From: an uncultured Rikenellaceae bacterium | GTDB taxonomy: Bacteria; Bacteroidota; Bacteroidia; Bacteroidales; VadinHA17 | DNA length: 64,000 nucleotides | Reading direction: 5' to 3' | Assembly (NCBI GenBank): GCA_963770745.1 | Contig: CAVYRA010000001.1 | Location: 24,832-88,831 of the forward strand | Part shown: one piece after another, positions 8,663 to 16,624 of the stretch | Layout of the letters: every line of letters begins with the position of its first letter | How positions within the stretch are numbered: position 1 is the stretch's first letter | Notes under the pieces: generated by a model | Told to the model about the DNA's origin: nothing | What the model saw: the letters and a program-made list of their open reading frames with translations, nothing else | Database searches by the model: none | Program-made: the position numbers and the translations under genes

Positions 8663-10621
8663 TTACCCGGGGGGCCTGGTGTTGTAGGGAGTAAGACCCG
8701 CTTTCTCAATGACCGCAAGGAACCGGGGGTCATCTCGCAGGATATCAAAATCAGGATTGGTGGCAATGAGGTTGAAGTAGTGTTTGGGAATAAAAGACAT
8801 TTCAATGGTCTTCTCAAACCACCTGATCGACTCCTCCCTGTTGCCCAGAATGGCATTCCACCATGCAACGAAGAACGGATGCCCGGTCAGACCGTCTACA
8901 GGGATAGGCCTGTTAATATTTATGTCTATAAGCCATGTAAATATTCCATCAATACCTGATTTACGGAATGCATCCATCACCTCATCTCCAAGGTGACTGA
9001 CAGAGGGATAACGCTTAAATAAGTCGTGCAGTGCTATTGCCGCTTTCTCCCCCTCGCCCAGCCTGACATAATGAAGAGCAAACAGCCAGCTGTTGTCAAC
9101 GAAATCAGGATTAAGGTCGCGGGCTGCAATGCAGGCTTCGATTCCCTTCTCATATTCCTCTTCGAAGTAGTAGATCCAGGCATTCAGGTTATGTACCACC
9201 CAGAAATATGGTTCGAGTTCCACAGCACGGTCAACATGTTTCCGTGCATCTTTAATAGGACCTGTAATCATCAGTAGCTGTGCATACCATTGATGTGCCG
9301 TGGAATAATTCGGGTTCAGCTCAATGGCTCTTCCTACCTCTGTTTTGGCCTCTTCAAATTTTCCTTCAGGATATGCCAACCATACGCCCCTTAATGCATG
9401 AGCCTCCGCGCAATCGGGATCAAGCTCCAACGCTCTGGTGAAATTCTCCCTGGCCCTTGCAATACCATCCTGATAAGGTTTGTACCAGCCCCATGCCGAA
9501 AGATTGTACCATGCATTGGCCAGCCCGGCATATGCTTCGGCAAATGTCGAGTCTTCGGCAATCGCCATCTCATAGTACTTCAGGCTGGCCATGAGTCCCT
9601 CCCTGCTGATGTCAAAACGCTGGATATCATTTGCCTGATGAAGCAAAAAGCGGGCCCTGAGATAATAATCCCATGCTTTCGGATTCGCTGTCGGAAGTTC
9701 CCCTATATGACTGGCTTCACTGTCTGTAATGATTGCATTCAGTTTTCCCGCAACCTGCTTTGCAATCTCACCTTGAAGACCGAGCATATCGGTCAGCTCA
9801 CGGTCGTAATTTTCCGACCAGAGATGCTGCTCCTTCTTCCCGTCAATAAGCTGTACTGTTATTCTGACCTTATCGTCCTGCCTTCGAACGCTGCCCTCAA
9901 GAACATTTCGGGCATTTAATTGCCTCGATATCTCTCCTGATGTGAGGTCAGTGTCACGAAAATGCTCTGAGGTTGTACGGGAGATCACCCTCAGATTGCT
10001 GACCTGGTAGAGACTGTTAAGGATATCCTCCATAATGCCGTCAGCAAAATACTGATTGTCAGGATCCCCGCTGAGATTCTTAAAGGGTAGGACCACGATT
10101 GAATTCTCCTTTGACATTCGCATCGGACTAATTGCAACCACAAGAATAATGGCAGCAACAGCAACAGCGAGAGCTGACAGAGCCAGTATTTTTTTCCTTT
10201 TTAACCCAGGATCTGCGGCTGCAGGCTGGTGACTCTCAGACTCGCCTGGCAAGATATCCGGTTTATCTGTCTCATCCTCAAAAATCCGTTTCCTCTCTTC
10301 CCCCGGAGGATAACCGAAATATTCATGAAAACACTTCGAGAAGTATGCCGGACTGCCGAAGCCCACTCTGAATGCCACTTCAGATGCAGTCATGAACTCG
10401 TCACGAAGCATCTCCTGTGCATTCTGCAGGCGGATCTCCCTGATAAATTGACTCGCATTCAGCTTAACCAGATGCTTCAGCCTGCGGTGAATAGCAGACC
10501 GGCTCATGTGTGCTTCCCGGGCAAGCTCCTCAACATTAAATTCCTCTCGTGACAGGTTAATCTCTACTATCTCCCTGAGCTTGCGAATAAATTTCTGATC
10601 TGTTGAAGGCGGGTCAGTCAT
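8663..10621 (-). CDS. Membrane-anchored AraC-family regulator with TolB_N-like and TPR sensor domains (paralog of 5044-6999)
   Basis: Likely start MTDPPSTDQ at 10621. AraC HTH, TM segment, SIVVLPFKNL...YFADGIMEDIL, TPRs, and shared C-terminus ATNPDFDILRDDPRF. Confidence 0.82.
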   Translation of the reverse strand: MTDPPSTDQKFIRKLREIVEINLSREEFNVEELAREAHMSRSAIHRRLKHLVKLNASQFIREIRLQNAQEMLRDEFMTASEVAFRVGFGSPAYFSKCFHEYFGYPPGEERKRIFEDETDKPDILPGESESHQPAAADPGLKRKKILALSALAVAVAAIILVVAISPMRMSKENSIVVLPFKNLSGDPDNQYFADGIMEDILNSLYQVSNLRVISRTTSEHFRDTDLTSGEISRQLNARNVLEGSVRRQDDKVRITVQLIDGKKEQHLWSENYDRELTDMLGLQGEIAKQVAGKLNAIITDSEASHIGELPTANPKAWDYYLRARFLLHQANDIQRFDISREGLMASLKYYEMAIAEDSTFAEAYAGLANAWYNLSAWGWYKPYQDGIARARENFTRALELDPDCAEAHALRGVWLAYPEGKFEEAKTEVGRAIELNPNYSTAHQWYAQLLMITGPIKDARKHVDRAVELEPYFWVVHNLNAWIYYFEEEYEKGIEACIAARDLNPDFVDNSWLFALHYVRLGEGEKAAIALHDLFKRYPSVSHLGDEVMDAFRKSGIDGIFTWLIDININRPIPVDGLTGHPFFVAWWNAILGNREESIRWFEKTIEMSFIPKHYFNLIATNPDFDILRDDPRFLAVIEKAGLTPYNTRPPG

Positions 10622-10695
10622 GCGGGTTCTTCTCAATATGTGTAATTTACGAAATTCCCGGCAATAAGTCAATTCTCTCCTTTTCGGCAAAACTT

Positions 10696-10805
10696 AAAAC
10701 GAAAAAGAGTACCGCATGAACGGGACTGTTTCGCTGGTGCCCGGAAACTAACTAAAGCGCTCACACATGAAAACAATCCTCTCTCCTCGCCCGGGCAACA
10801 GTTAA
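10696..10805 (-). ncRNA. Putative structured RNA, type 3, in the 3' region of the 128-aa gene
   Basis: TGCCCGG/CCGGGCA stem enclosing GATTGTTTTCAT...TTTAGTTAGTTT, followed by an imperfect hairpin and a T-run. Confidence 0.4.
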
Positions 10806-10816
10806 GTCTTTTGAAA

Positions 10817-11203
10817 CTACCATTCAGCTATGGTAGCGATGACGCCGGTCTGGCAGATTAACATGTCAAGAGTATGCGAATCCTTGTTTACATTGCAGTT
10901 TGAGCAGACTTTTGGTGTATTCCCCTGAAGGAAAGCAACCTCGTCATCCCATAGTGAAAAAATGACACTCTCTGCCTGGCATAAATCGAGGCCGTGACCC
11001 AGGCACCCGTCATACCTCATGGAGAGCTGTGCAGGTTCTTTGAATACAATAAGGGGCTCAATTACAATAGTCTTCAAAGCAAAGTTGTTCCCGGACTTGT
11101 TGATCAATTCATGGGCATCGAACCTGACCCGATCGGTAAATGCACCTGCCAGTATCACCACCAGTGGAAGCATAATCTCCTTCAAAACATCCATTCGTTT
11201 CAT
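10817..11203 (-). CDS. Hypothetical protein
   Basis: 128 aa, ATG start, N-terminal hydrophobic stretch, class B promoter upstream. No recognised family. Confidence 0.5.
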   Translation of the reverse strand: MKRMDVLKEIMLPLVVILAGAFTDRVRFDAHELINKSGNNFALKTIVIEPLIVFKEPAQLSMRYDGCLGHGLDLCQAESVIFSLWDDEVAFLQGNTPKVCSNCNVNKDSHTLDMLICQTGVIATIAEW

Positions 11204-11245
11204 AATTCCATTGATTAGTTTGACCTTTGAAACCTGTTGATTTCA

Positions 11246-11278
11246 CAAAGTTCGTTCAGGAGAATGTGTGCTGCATAG
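11246..11278 (-). promoter_or_regulatory. Class B promoter CTATGCAG-N17-GAACTTTG
   Basis: Matches 8493-8525. Confidence 0.55.
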
Positions 11279-11425
11279 CAATATTTCCACTAATAGTTTA
11301 TTTTTCATGTCATTCATTTAATTTATGTTTCTATTAACTATATATTATTATCATATATGAAGATATTACCATATAATAATCAGATTTTAATGTAAAATAA
11401 GAAAATCCTGAAGGTGTTCCGAAAC

Positions 11426-11546
11426 ATAAAAGAAGTGGAGCCTGCACTCCACTTTCATTGATAACCTAATTGTAAACCTATTGAGCAGATGACCGGTGAA
11501 CTATGCCCGTGGCGGGCATATTGAGCTTCTTTCTCCCAGGCCGGTC
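11426..11546 (-). ncRNA. Putative structured RNA element, type 1, copy 3 (free-standing)
   Basis: Starts ~17 nt downstream of a class A promoter box and ends in GAAAGTGGAGT-GCAG-GCTCCACTTCTTTT. No sizeable credible ORF in between. Confidence 0.68.
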
Positions 11547-11562
11547 TGATATTGTGAGTAAG

Positions 11563-11631
11563 GCAAGTTAGGCACAAAGTCTGAAAGGCATTTGACTCTG
11601 CGTCCCAAAATCTTTTCTATGCGTGCCAAAA
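11563..11631 (-). promoter_or_regulatory. Class A promoter driving type-1 RNA copy 3
   Basis: GCAAGTTAG starts 37 nt before GCGT, as at 7726. TGCGTCCCAAAA (11599) and TGCGTGCCAAAA (11620) are 21 bp apart. Confidence 0.65.
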
Positions 11632-11643
11632 CAGCTTTATAGT

Positions 11644-11775
11644 AAAAACGGAGGAGTGAAGCCGTAGCCTCACTCCCCAAAGTACCCGGTATTAATACAT
11701 GACCGGTAACGGTTCTGCTTGAAACCCCCTTTCCCGGGCACTTAATACGGTCACTGCGAGGTCTATGAGATATTC
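11644..11775 (-). ncRNA. Putative structured RNA element, type 2
   Basis: Lies between the class A box at 11780 and a strong terminator (GGGGAGTGAGGC-TACG-GCTTCACTCCTCC-GTTTTT). Its TGACCG...ACCGGTCAT outer stem resembles that of type 1. Confidence 0.55.
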
Positions 11776-11817
11776 TTACGCAAGTTAGAGTACATGACAC
11801 GAGATCCGTTTTGCTCA

Positions 11818-11980
11818 GCGTGCCAAATACTATGCCCTATGTGCCAGTATCATTGCTGTACGTGCCAAAATTATTGCTGTGCGTGCCAAATACTATGCCC
11901 TATGTGCCAAAATTATTGCTGTGCGTGCCAAATACCATGCCGGATGTGCCAATATTATTGCTGTGTATGCCAAAATCATC
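11818..11980. repeat. Tandem array of 8 x 21-bp units with core RYGTGCCAAA
   Basis: Units start at 11818, 11839, 11860, 11881, 11902, 11923, 11944 and 11965 (last one partial). Two unit types: gcgtgccaaatactatgccct and aygtgccaaaattattgctgt. Confidence 0.95.
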
Positions 11981-11981
11981 A

Positions 11982-14150
11982 CTATCTGACAGTACCGCTC
12001 GGGTTAACCCCGAATTCACGCTTATAAACCCTGCTGAAATGAGAGACATTCCTGAAACCGGTCTTGTATGCCGCCTCTGCCACCGTAAGCCTGTGTCCTG
12101 CCAGAAGCTCCTGGGCCCTGTGCAGCCTCAGCGAGCGAAGATATTCAGTCACTGTCCTGTTGGTCAGCGATCTGAACTTTCGGTAAAGCTGCGTGCGGCT
12201 CATCGACATCTGATCACAGATATGCTGGATATCAAGATTTTCATTACCCATGGCCGCAAGCATAATCTCACGTACTTTCCTCATGAAGGCATCCTCTATG
12301 TTAAAATCCCTCTCCTCAATAAGATCGAGATTACCGATCGCTGCATACCGCTCCTGCAGTCTTTTGCGCTGACTGATAAGGGCTCTGAGCTGCGCCTGTA
12401 GCTCCACATTGTTGAACGGTTTCGCAAGATAGGCATCGGCCCCCCTCTCAAGTCCGTTTACTCTTGATGCCACATCTGCCCTGGCAGTAAGTACAACTAC
12501 CGGTATATGGCTTGTCAGCGGGTTCTGCTTTACCCTTCCGAGCATCTCGATGCCATCCATCACAGGCATCATTATGTCTGTAAGGATGAGGTCAGGAATA
12601 TAATCGATGGCTTTTGCAACGCCCTCCTCTCCATCGCCTGCAACAATGACATCATAATCATTGACAAGGAGACTCATCAGATAATGAACAACATCATGAT
12701 TATCCTCAACAACCAGCAACATGGGTTTTTCACTGTGGAAATCAGGATGGGTCTCACTCCGTGCCTCCCTACCTTTTGTACTGTAAATATAATGTGAGAT
12801 TTTCCCTTTGATCTCGTGAAGTCCAGGACCTGTCTGAAGTTCAGCAGATTGAGTTACCGGCAGGGTTACGACAAACTCTGTTCCGCTGCCATAGACACTC
12901 TCGACGCCAATAGAACCTCCGAGGAGAGTCACAACCTCCTTTGTCAGCGCGAGTCCCAGACCGGATCCAGGCGTAATATTCGTCGAGTAAGCGTCACCAC
13001 GGGAAAAACGGTCAAAAATATGCGGCAGAAAGTACTCCGGGATACCTGAACCGTTATCACTTACCCTGATCTCATAATGAGTCTCACTAATTGCGGTACT
13101 TACCTCTATCTTCCCGGTTTGCTGGGTGAACTTGAGAGCATTGGAAATGAGATTTGTGACAATCTGCATCAGCTTTTCAGGGTCATAGTCAATTACAGGG
13201 GCGGGTTCGCATGGTTTGTAATTGAGTGAGATTCTTGCCGTTGCCGCAACTGACCTGAACAGTTCTAATATATACCTGATATAGATATTTATATCTGCCC
13301 TTATCAGACGGACCGGTGTGGCCCCTGCTTCAAGCTTAGAGAGATCGAGCATCTGGTTAACCAGTGTCAGCAAAACCTTTGCATTCCTGTCAATAGCTTC
13401 AGAACCTTCTGTGAGCCATCTCTCCGGTTCCTTGCGGATCAGATCATTCATTCCCGTTATGACGGTCAGCGGTGTCCGGAACTCATGGGTGATGTTGGTG
13501 TAGAGACGAGTCCGAGCCTCATCAATCTCCCTTATCCGTTCGGTCTCACTCTTCTCGAGCTTAACACGCTGAACAATAAAGCTCATCACGAAGACCATCG
13601 CAAAGGTTGATATCCATATGAGATTCACAACATAGAGTGAGATGTTGACTTCAGTGGTCATTTCCGGCGGCACCTCGAGATACGGATTAAGAACACCCGC
13701 AAGAATAATTGTAATCACATAAACATAATATATCCACAGTGAATGCCTTCTTTTTTTGAAGTTGAGAGAGAAGAAAATCATTGCAAGTCCGACAACCACA
13801 AGGCCACCTGAATAGGGTATTCCTCCAAGCAATAGTATGGTTACGAATGTGGCAAGCGCCACGATGGTCTGATTAATGACCAGAAGCACCAACCCGGTCC
13901 TTCGTAATATTAACGGGTATATTACTCCCTGCAGAAATACTAGCGACAGGGAAAACCCATAGGTTATCAGGATCTTTAGCTGGGGGAATATGATGTGATA
14001 AGCAAGCGTCAGCAAAAAAATCATGACAGTGACAGCAACACTGGCAATCCAGTAGATCTTTTTCTGGGCCAGGCCGTCTTTATCAAGGGAGGGATGATAA
14101 AGAATCCTTGAAATCCAATTGTCTGCTTTTAAGAGAAAGGGGGTAGCCAT
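11982..14150 (-). CDS. Hybrid two-component regulator (membrane sensor, histidine kinase, receiver, AraC HTH)
   Basis: ~6 TM N-terminus, NITHEFRTPL H-box, NLISNALKF, DNGSGI, GSGLGL, receiver (VEDN, LTDIMMP, YLAKPF) and C-terminal AraC HTH. Confidence 0.92.
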   Translation of the reverse strand: MATPFLLKADNWISRILYHPSLDKDGLAQKKIYWIASVAVTVMIFLLTLAYHIIFPQLKILITYGFSLSLVFLQGVIYPLILRRTGLVLLVINQTIVALATFVTILLLGGIPYSGGLVVVGLAMIFFSLNFKKRRHSLWIYYVYVITIILAGVLNPYLEVPPEMTTEVNISLYVVNLIWISTFAMVFVMSFIVQRVKLEKSETERIREIDEARTRLYTNITHEFRTPLTVITGMNDLIRKEPERWLTEGSEAIDRNAKVLLTLVNQMLDLSKLEAGATPVRLIRADINIYIRYILELFRSVAATARISLNYKPCEPAPVIDYDPEKLMQIVTNLISNALKFTQQTGKIEVSTAISETHYEIRVSDNGSGIPEYFLPHIFDRFSRGDAYSTNITPGSGLGLALTKEVVTLLGGSIGVESVYGSGTEFVVTLPVTQSAELQTGPGLHEIKGKISHYIYSTKGREARSETHPDFHSEKPMLLVVEDNHDVVHYLMSLLVNDYDVIVAGDGEEGVAKAIDYIPDLILTDIMMPVMDGIEMLGRVKQNPLTSHIPVVVLTARADVASRVNGLERGADAYLAKPFNNVELQAQLRALISQRKRLQERYAAIGNLDLIEERDFNIEDAFMRKVREIMLAAMGNENLDIQHICDQMSMSRTQLYRKFRSLTNRTVTEYLRSLRLHRAQELLAGHRLTVAEAAYKTGFRNVSHFSRVYKREFGVNPSGTVR

Positions 14151-14380
14151 CTTTTAAACAGATCAAGGTTGAAAATCAAATTCTTAACAAGTTACTACAT
14201 TACTAAAGACAAGTCAAGTATTTTATTTAGTTGTTTGACTGCATTGAAATTACGAAGACAAATAATCCTTGAGTGCCGGGACTTCTTTCAAACTTTTCGA
14301 GTTTGTTCCACCATGTTTAACCTATTTATTTATCTTTGAAATAATGCTTAACCGCTGAGATAACATAAACCACCAATATC

Positions 14381-16447
14381 ATGAAGAAACTTGCCCTCTT
14401 ACTTACTCTCATCGCACTGGCCCTTCTGGCATCCTGCACCAAAGACTCAAAAAAGAGTACGGAAGCTTTAGTAATCGACGTATCCCTGACCGATGCCGAG
14501 AAGGCCGGAGGCGTACTGACACCTGAAATCCTCTGGAAATACGGGCGCATAGGTTCAATAGTGCTGTCACCTGATGGCGCTACGGTTCTTTATACAGTCA
14601 CGCACTATGATCTCGCAACGGAAGCACGGACGACCAATATCTATTCGCTGGCCTCTTCAGGAGGAACCCCCGTACAGCTAACGACTGACGGAGGGTCAGG
14701 TCCGCAGTGGACAGACAACGGTTCAGCAATAGCATACCTCGCCGGAGGCAAGATCATGACTATGAAGCCTGACGGTACTGCAAAGAGGGAGATAACTGGT
14801 TTACAGGACTTTGAAATACTCTCATTCTCCCCGGCCGGAGACATGGTATATTTCACCCGGCGCATCAAGCTCGACCAGACGGCAAATGAAAAATATGACC
14901 TACCCAATGCAAAGGTCCGCATCATCGATGATCTTATGTACAGGCACTGGAATTACTGGCACGACTACTCCTACAGCCATCTGTTCACGGCCTCCTTCGA
15001 CGGTGAGACAATAAGCGGCGAGAAAGATATCATGCAGGGTCAAAGGTTTGATACCCCTGATGCACCCTGGTTCGATGAGGCTGATATCAGCTGGAGTCCT
15101 GACGGGAAATATATTGCTTACGCATGCAAGAAACTTACCGGAAAGGCATATTCATTAAGCACAAACACAGACATCTACCTTTATGATGTCACAACCGGGG
15201 CAGAGAGGAATATTACGGAAGGAAATTTGGGTTACGATAAAACACCGGTTTTCTCGCCTGACGGGTCGATGATAGCTTATGCGAGCATGGAAGAGGATGG
15301 TTATGAGTCGGATCTCGAGAGGCTGTTCGTTTACAATATTGCCAGAGGCGAACGCAAATGGGTCTCCGAAGGGTGGGATTACAACGTCGGAAACCTGCAG
15401 TGGAGCGGCACCGGCGAAATATGGTTCACCAGCCCGTACCGGGGCACACAGCCCATATTTAAAATATCGCTCGCATCAGGAAGCATAACCACCCTGACAA
15501 AGGGCGATTACGACATGGGGCCTCTGCAACTTCAGGACGGTGTATTGGTTGCCGGCATGATGTCGATGTCGAGACCCACGGAAGTGGCTGCAGTCAATAT
15601 GTCAACCGGGGAGTTTAACATGATAACTGATGTCAACGGCCACATCTACGAGAGCATAAAGATGGGCCGTACCGAGGAGCGTTATACGAAGACGAAGGAT
15701 GGCAAAGACCTGCAGAGCTGGATTATCTATCCGCCCGATTTTGATCCGGGAAAGAAATACCCCACGCTGCTTTACTGCAAGGGCGGGCCGCAGGGCTCTC
15801 TGGGTCAGGGATGGAGCTATCGCTGGAACTACCAGATCATGGCTGCCAACGGTTATATTGTGGTGGCCGTCAACAGGCGCGGCAATTCGGGGTTCGGCAG
15901 CTACTGGCGCGAACAGATCTCGGGCGATTACGGCGGCATGAACATGCAGGATTACCTTGATGCTATTGACGCCATGGCTAAGGAGCCGTTCGTCGATAAG
16001 GACCGGTTGGGTGCCGTGGGAGCCAGCTACGGCGGGTACTCGGTCTTCTACCTTGCCGGGATGCACAACAAGCGCTTTAAGGCATTCGTATCGCACTGCG
16101 GCGTTTATAATACTATTGCCGAATACGGATCAACCGAGGAGTACTGGTATCCGAACAAGGATTACCAGGGTGCGCCGTGGGACAAGCCGCAGCCTCCGGG
16201 ATACAATAAGTTCTCACCACATACTATGGTCGACAAGTGGGATACGCCCATACTGATCATAACGGGTGCAAACGACTTCCGGATACCCTACAGCCAGAGT
16301 CTTGAGGCGTTCAACTCGGCACAGCTGCGTGGCGTACCCAGCAGGCTGCTCTTCTTCGAGAATGAGAGTCACTGGGTCACCAAGCCTCAGAATGCCGTGA
16401 TCTGGCAGAAGGAGTATTTTGAGTTCCTGGATACCTACCTGAAATAG
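14381..16447 (+). CDS. S9 family prolyl oligopeptidase / dipeptidyl-peptidase 5-like lipoprotein
   Basis: Lipobox LLAS-C, PD40 propeller repeats, GGPQ, catalytic GASYGG, DFRIP and ENESHW. Confidence 0.9.
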   Translation: MKKLALLLTLIALALLASCTKDSKKSTEALVIDVSLTDAEKAGGVLTPEILWKYGRIGSIVLSPDGATVLYTVTHYDLATEARTTNIYSLASSGGTPVQLTTDGGSGPQWTDNGSAIAYLAGGKIMTMKPDGTAKREITGLQDFEILSFSPAGDMVYFTRRIKLDQTANEKYDLPNAKVRIIDDLMYRHWNYWHDYSYSHLFTASFDGETISGEKDIMQGQRFDTPDAPWFDEADISWSPDGKYIAYACKKLTGKAYSLSTNTDIYLYDVTTGAERNITEGNLGYDKTPVFSPDGSMIAYASMEEDGYESDLERLFVYNIARGERKWVSEGWDYNVGNLQWSGTGEIWFTSPYRGTQPIFKISLASGSITTLTKGDYDMGPLQLQDGVLVAGMMSMSRPTEVAAVNMSTGEFNMITDVNGHIYESIKMGRTEERYTKTKDGKDLQSWIIYPPDFDPGKKYPTLLYCKGGPQGSLGQGWSYRWNYQIMAANGYIVVAVNRRGNSGFGSYWREQISGDYGGMNMQDYLDAIDAMAKEPFVDKDRLGAVGASYGGYSVFYLAGMHNKRFKAFVSHCGVYNTIAEYGSTEEYWYPNKDYQGAPWDKPQPPGYNKFSPHTMVDKWDTPILIITGANDFRIPYSQSLEAFNSAQLRGVPSRLLFFENESHWVTKPQNAVIWQKEYFEFLDTYLK

Positions 16448-16475
16448 GCAGTAGGCATTAGGCATTAGGCAATAG
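16445..16475 (+). repeat. TAGGCAN heptamer run supplying the peptidase stop codon
   Basis: TAGGCAG-TAGGCAT-TAGGCAT-TAGGCAA-TAG. Confidence 0.8.
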
Positions 16476-16624
16476 TGAAATTTGGCCGTAGGCCATAAAG
16501 TATTGTAGTCCAGGGATCTAAATACAATATCATTGCTCGTAAAGCATTCAGTATTGTGGCCCTTGTGGGATCCTTATTTGCTTGCTGTAACCTCTACAGC
16601 CTCAATTACTGTGCCGCCAGGGTT

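Noticed and set aside
11501-11800. 99-aa minus-strand ORF spanning the RNA elements
   Set aside because: It crosses a strong terminator and a promoter, starts upstream of the predicted promoter box and has no protein-like features.
11818-11980. CRISPR array interpretation of the 21-bp repeats
   Set aside because: Units are contiguous with no unique spacers, and no cas genes are in the window.
11794-12401. Plus-strand ORFs 11794-12027 (Cys-rich) and 11811-12401
   Set aside because: Their heptapeptide periodicity is a by-product of the stop-free 21-bp array, and the remainder is antisense to the HTCS gene.
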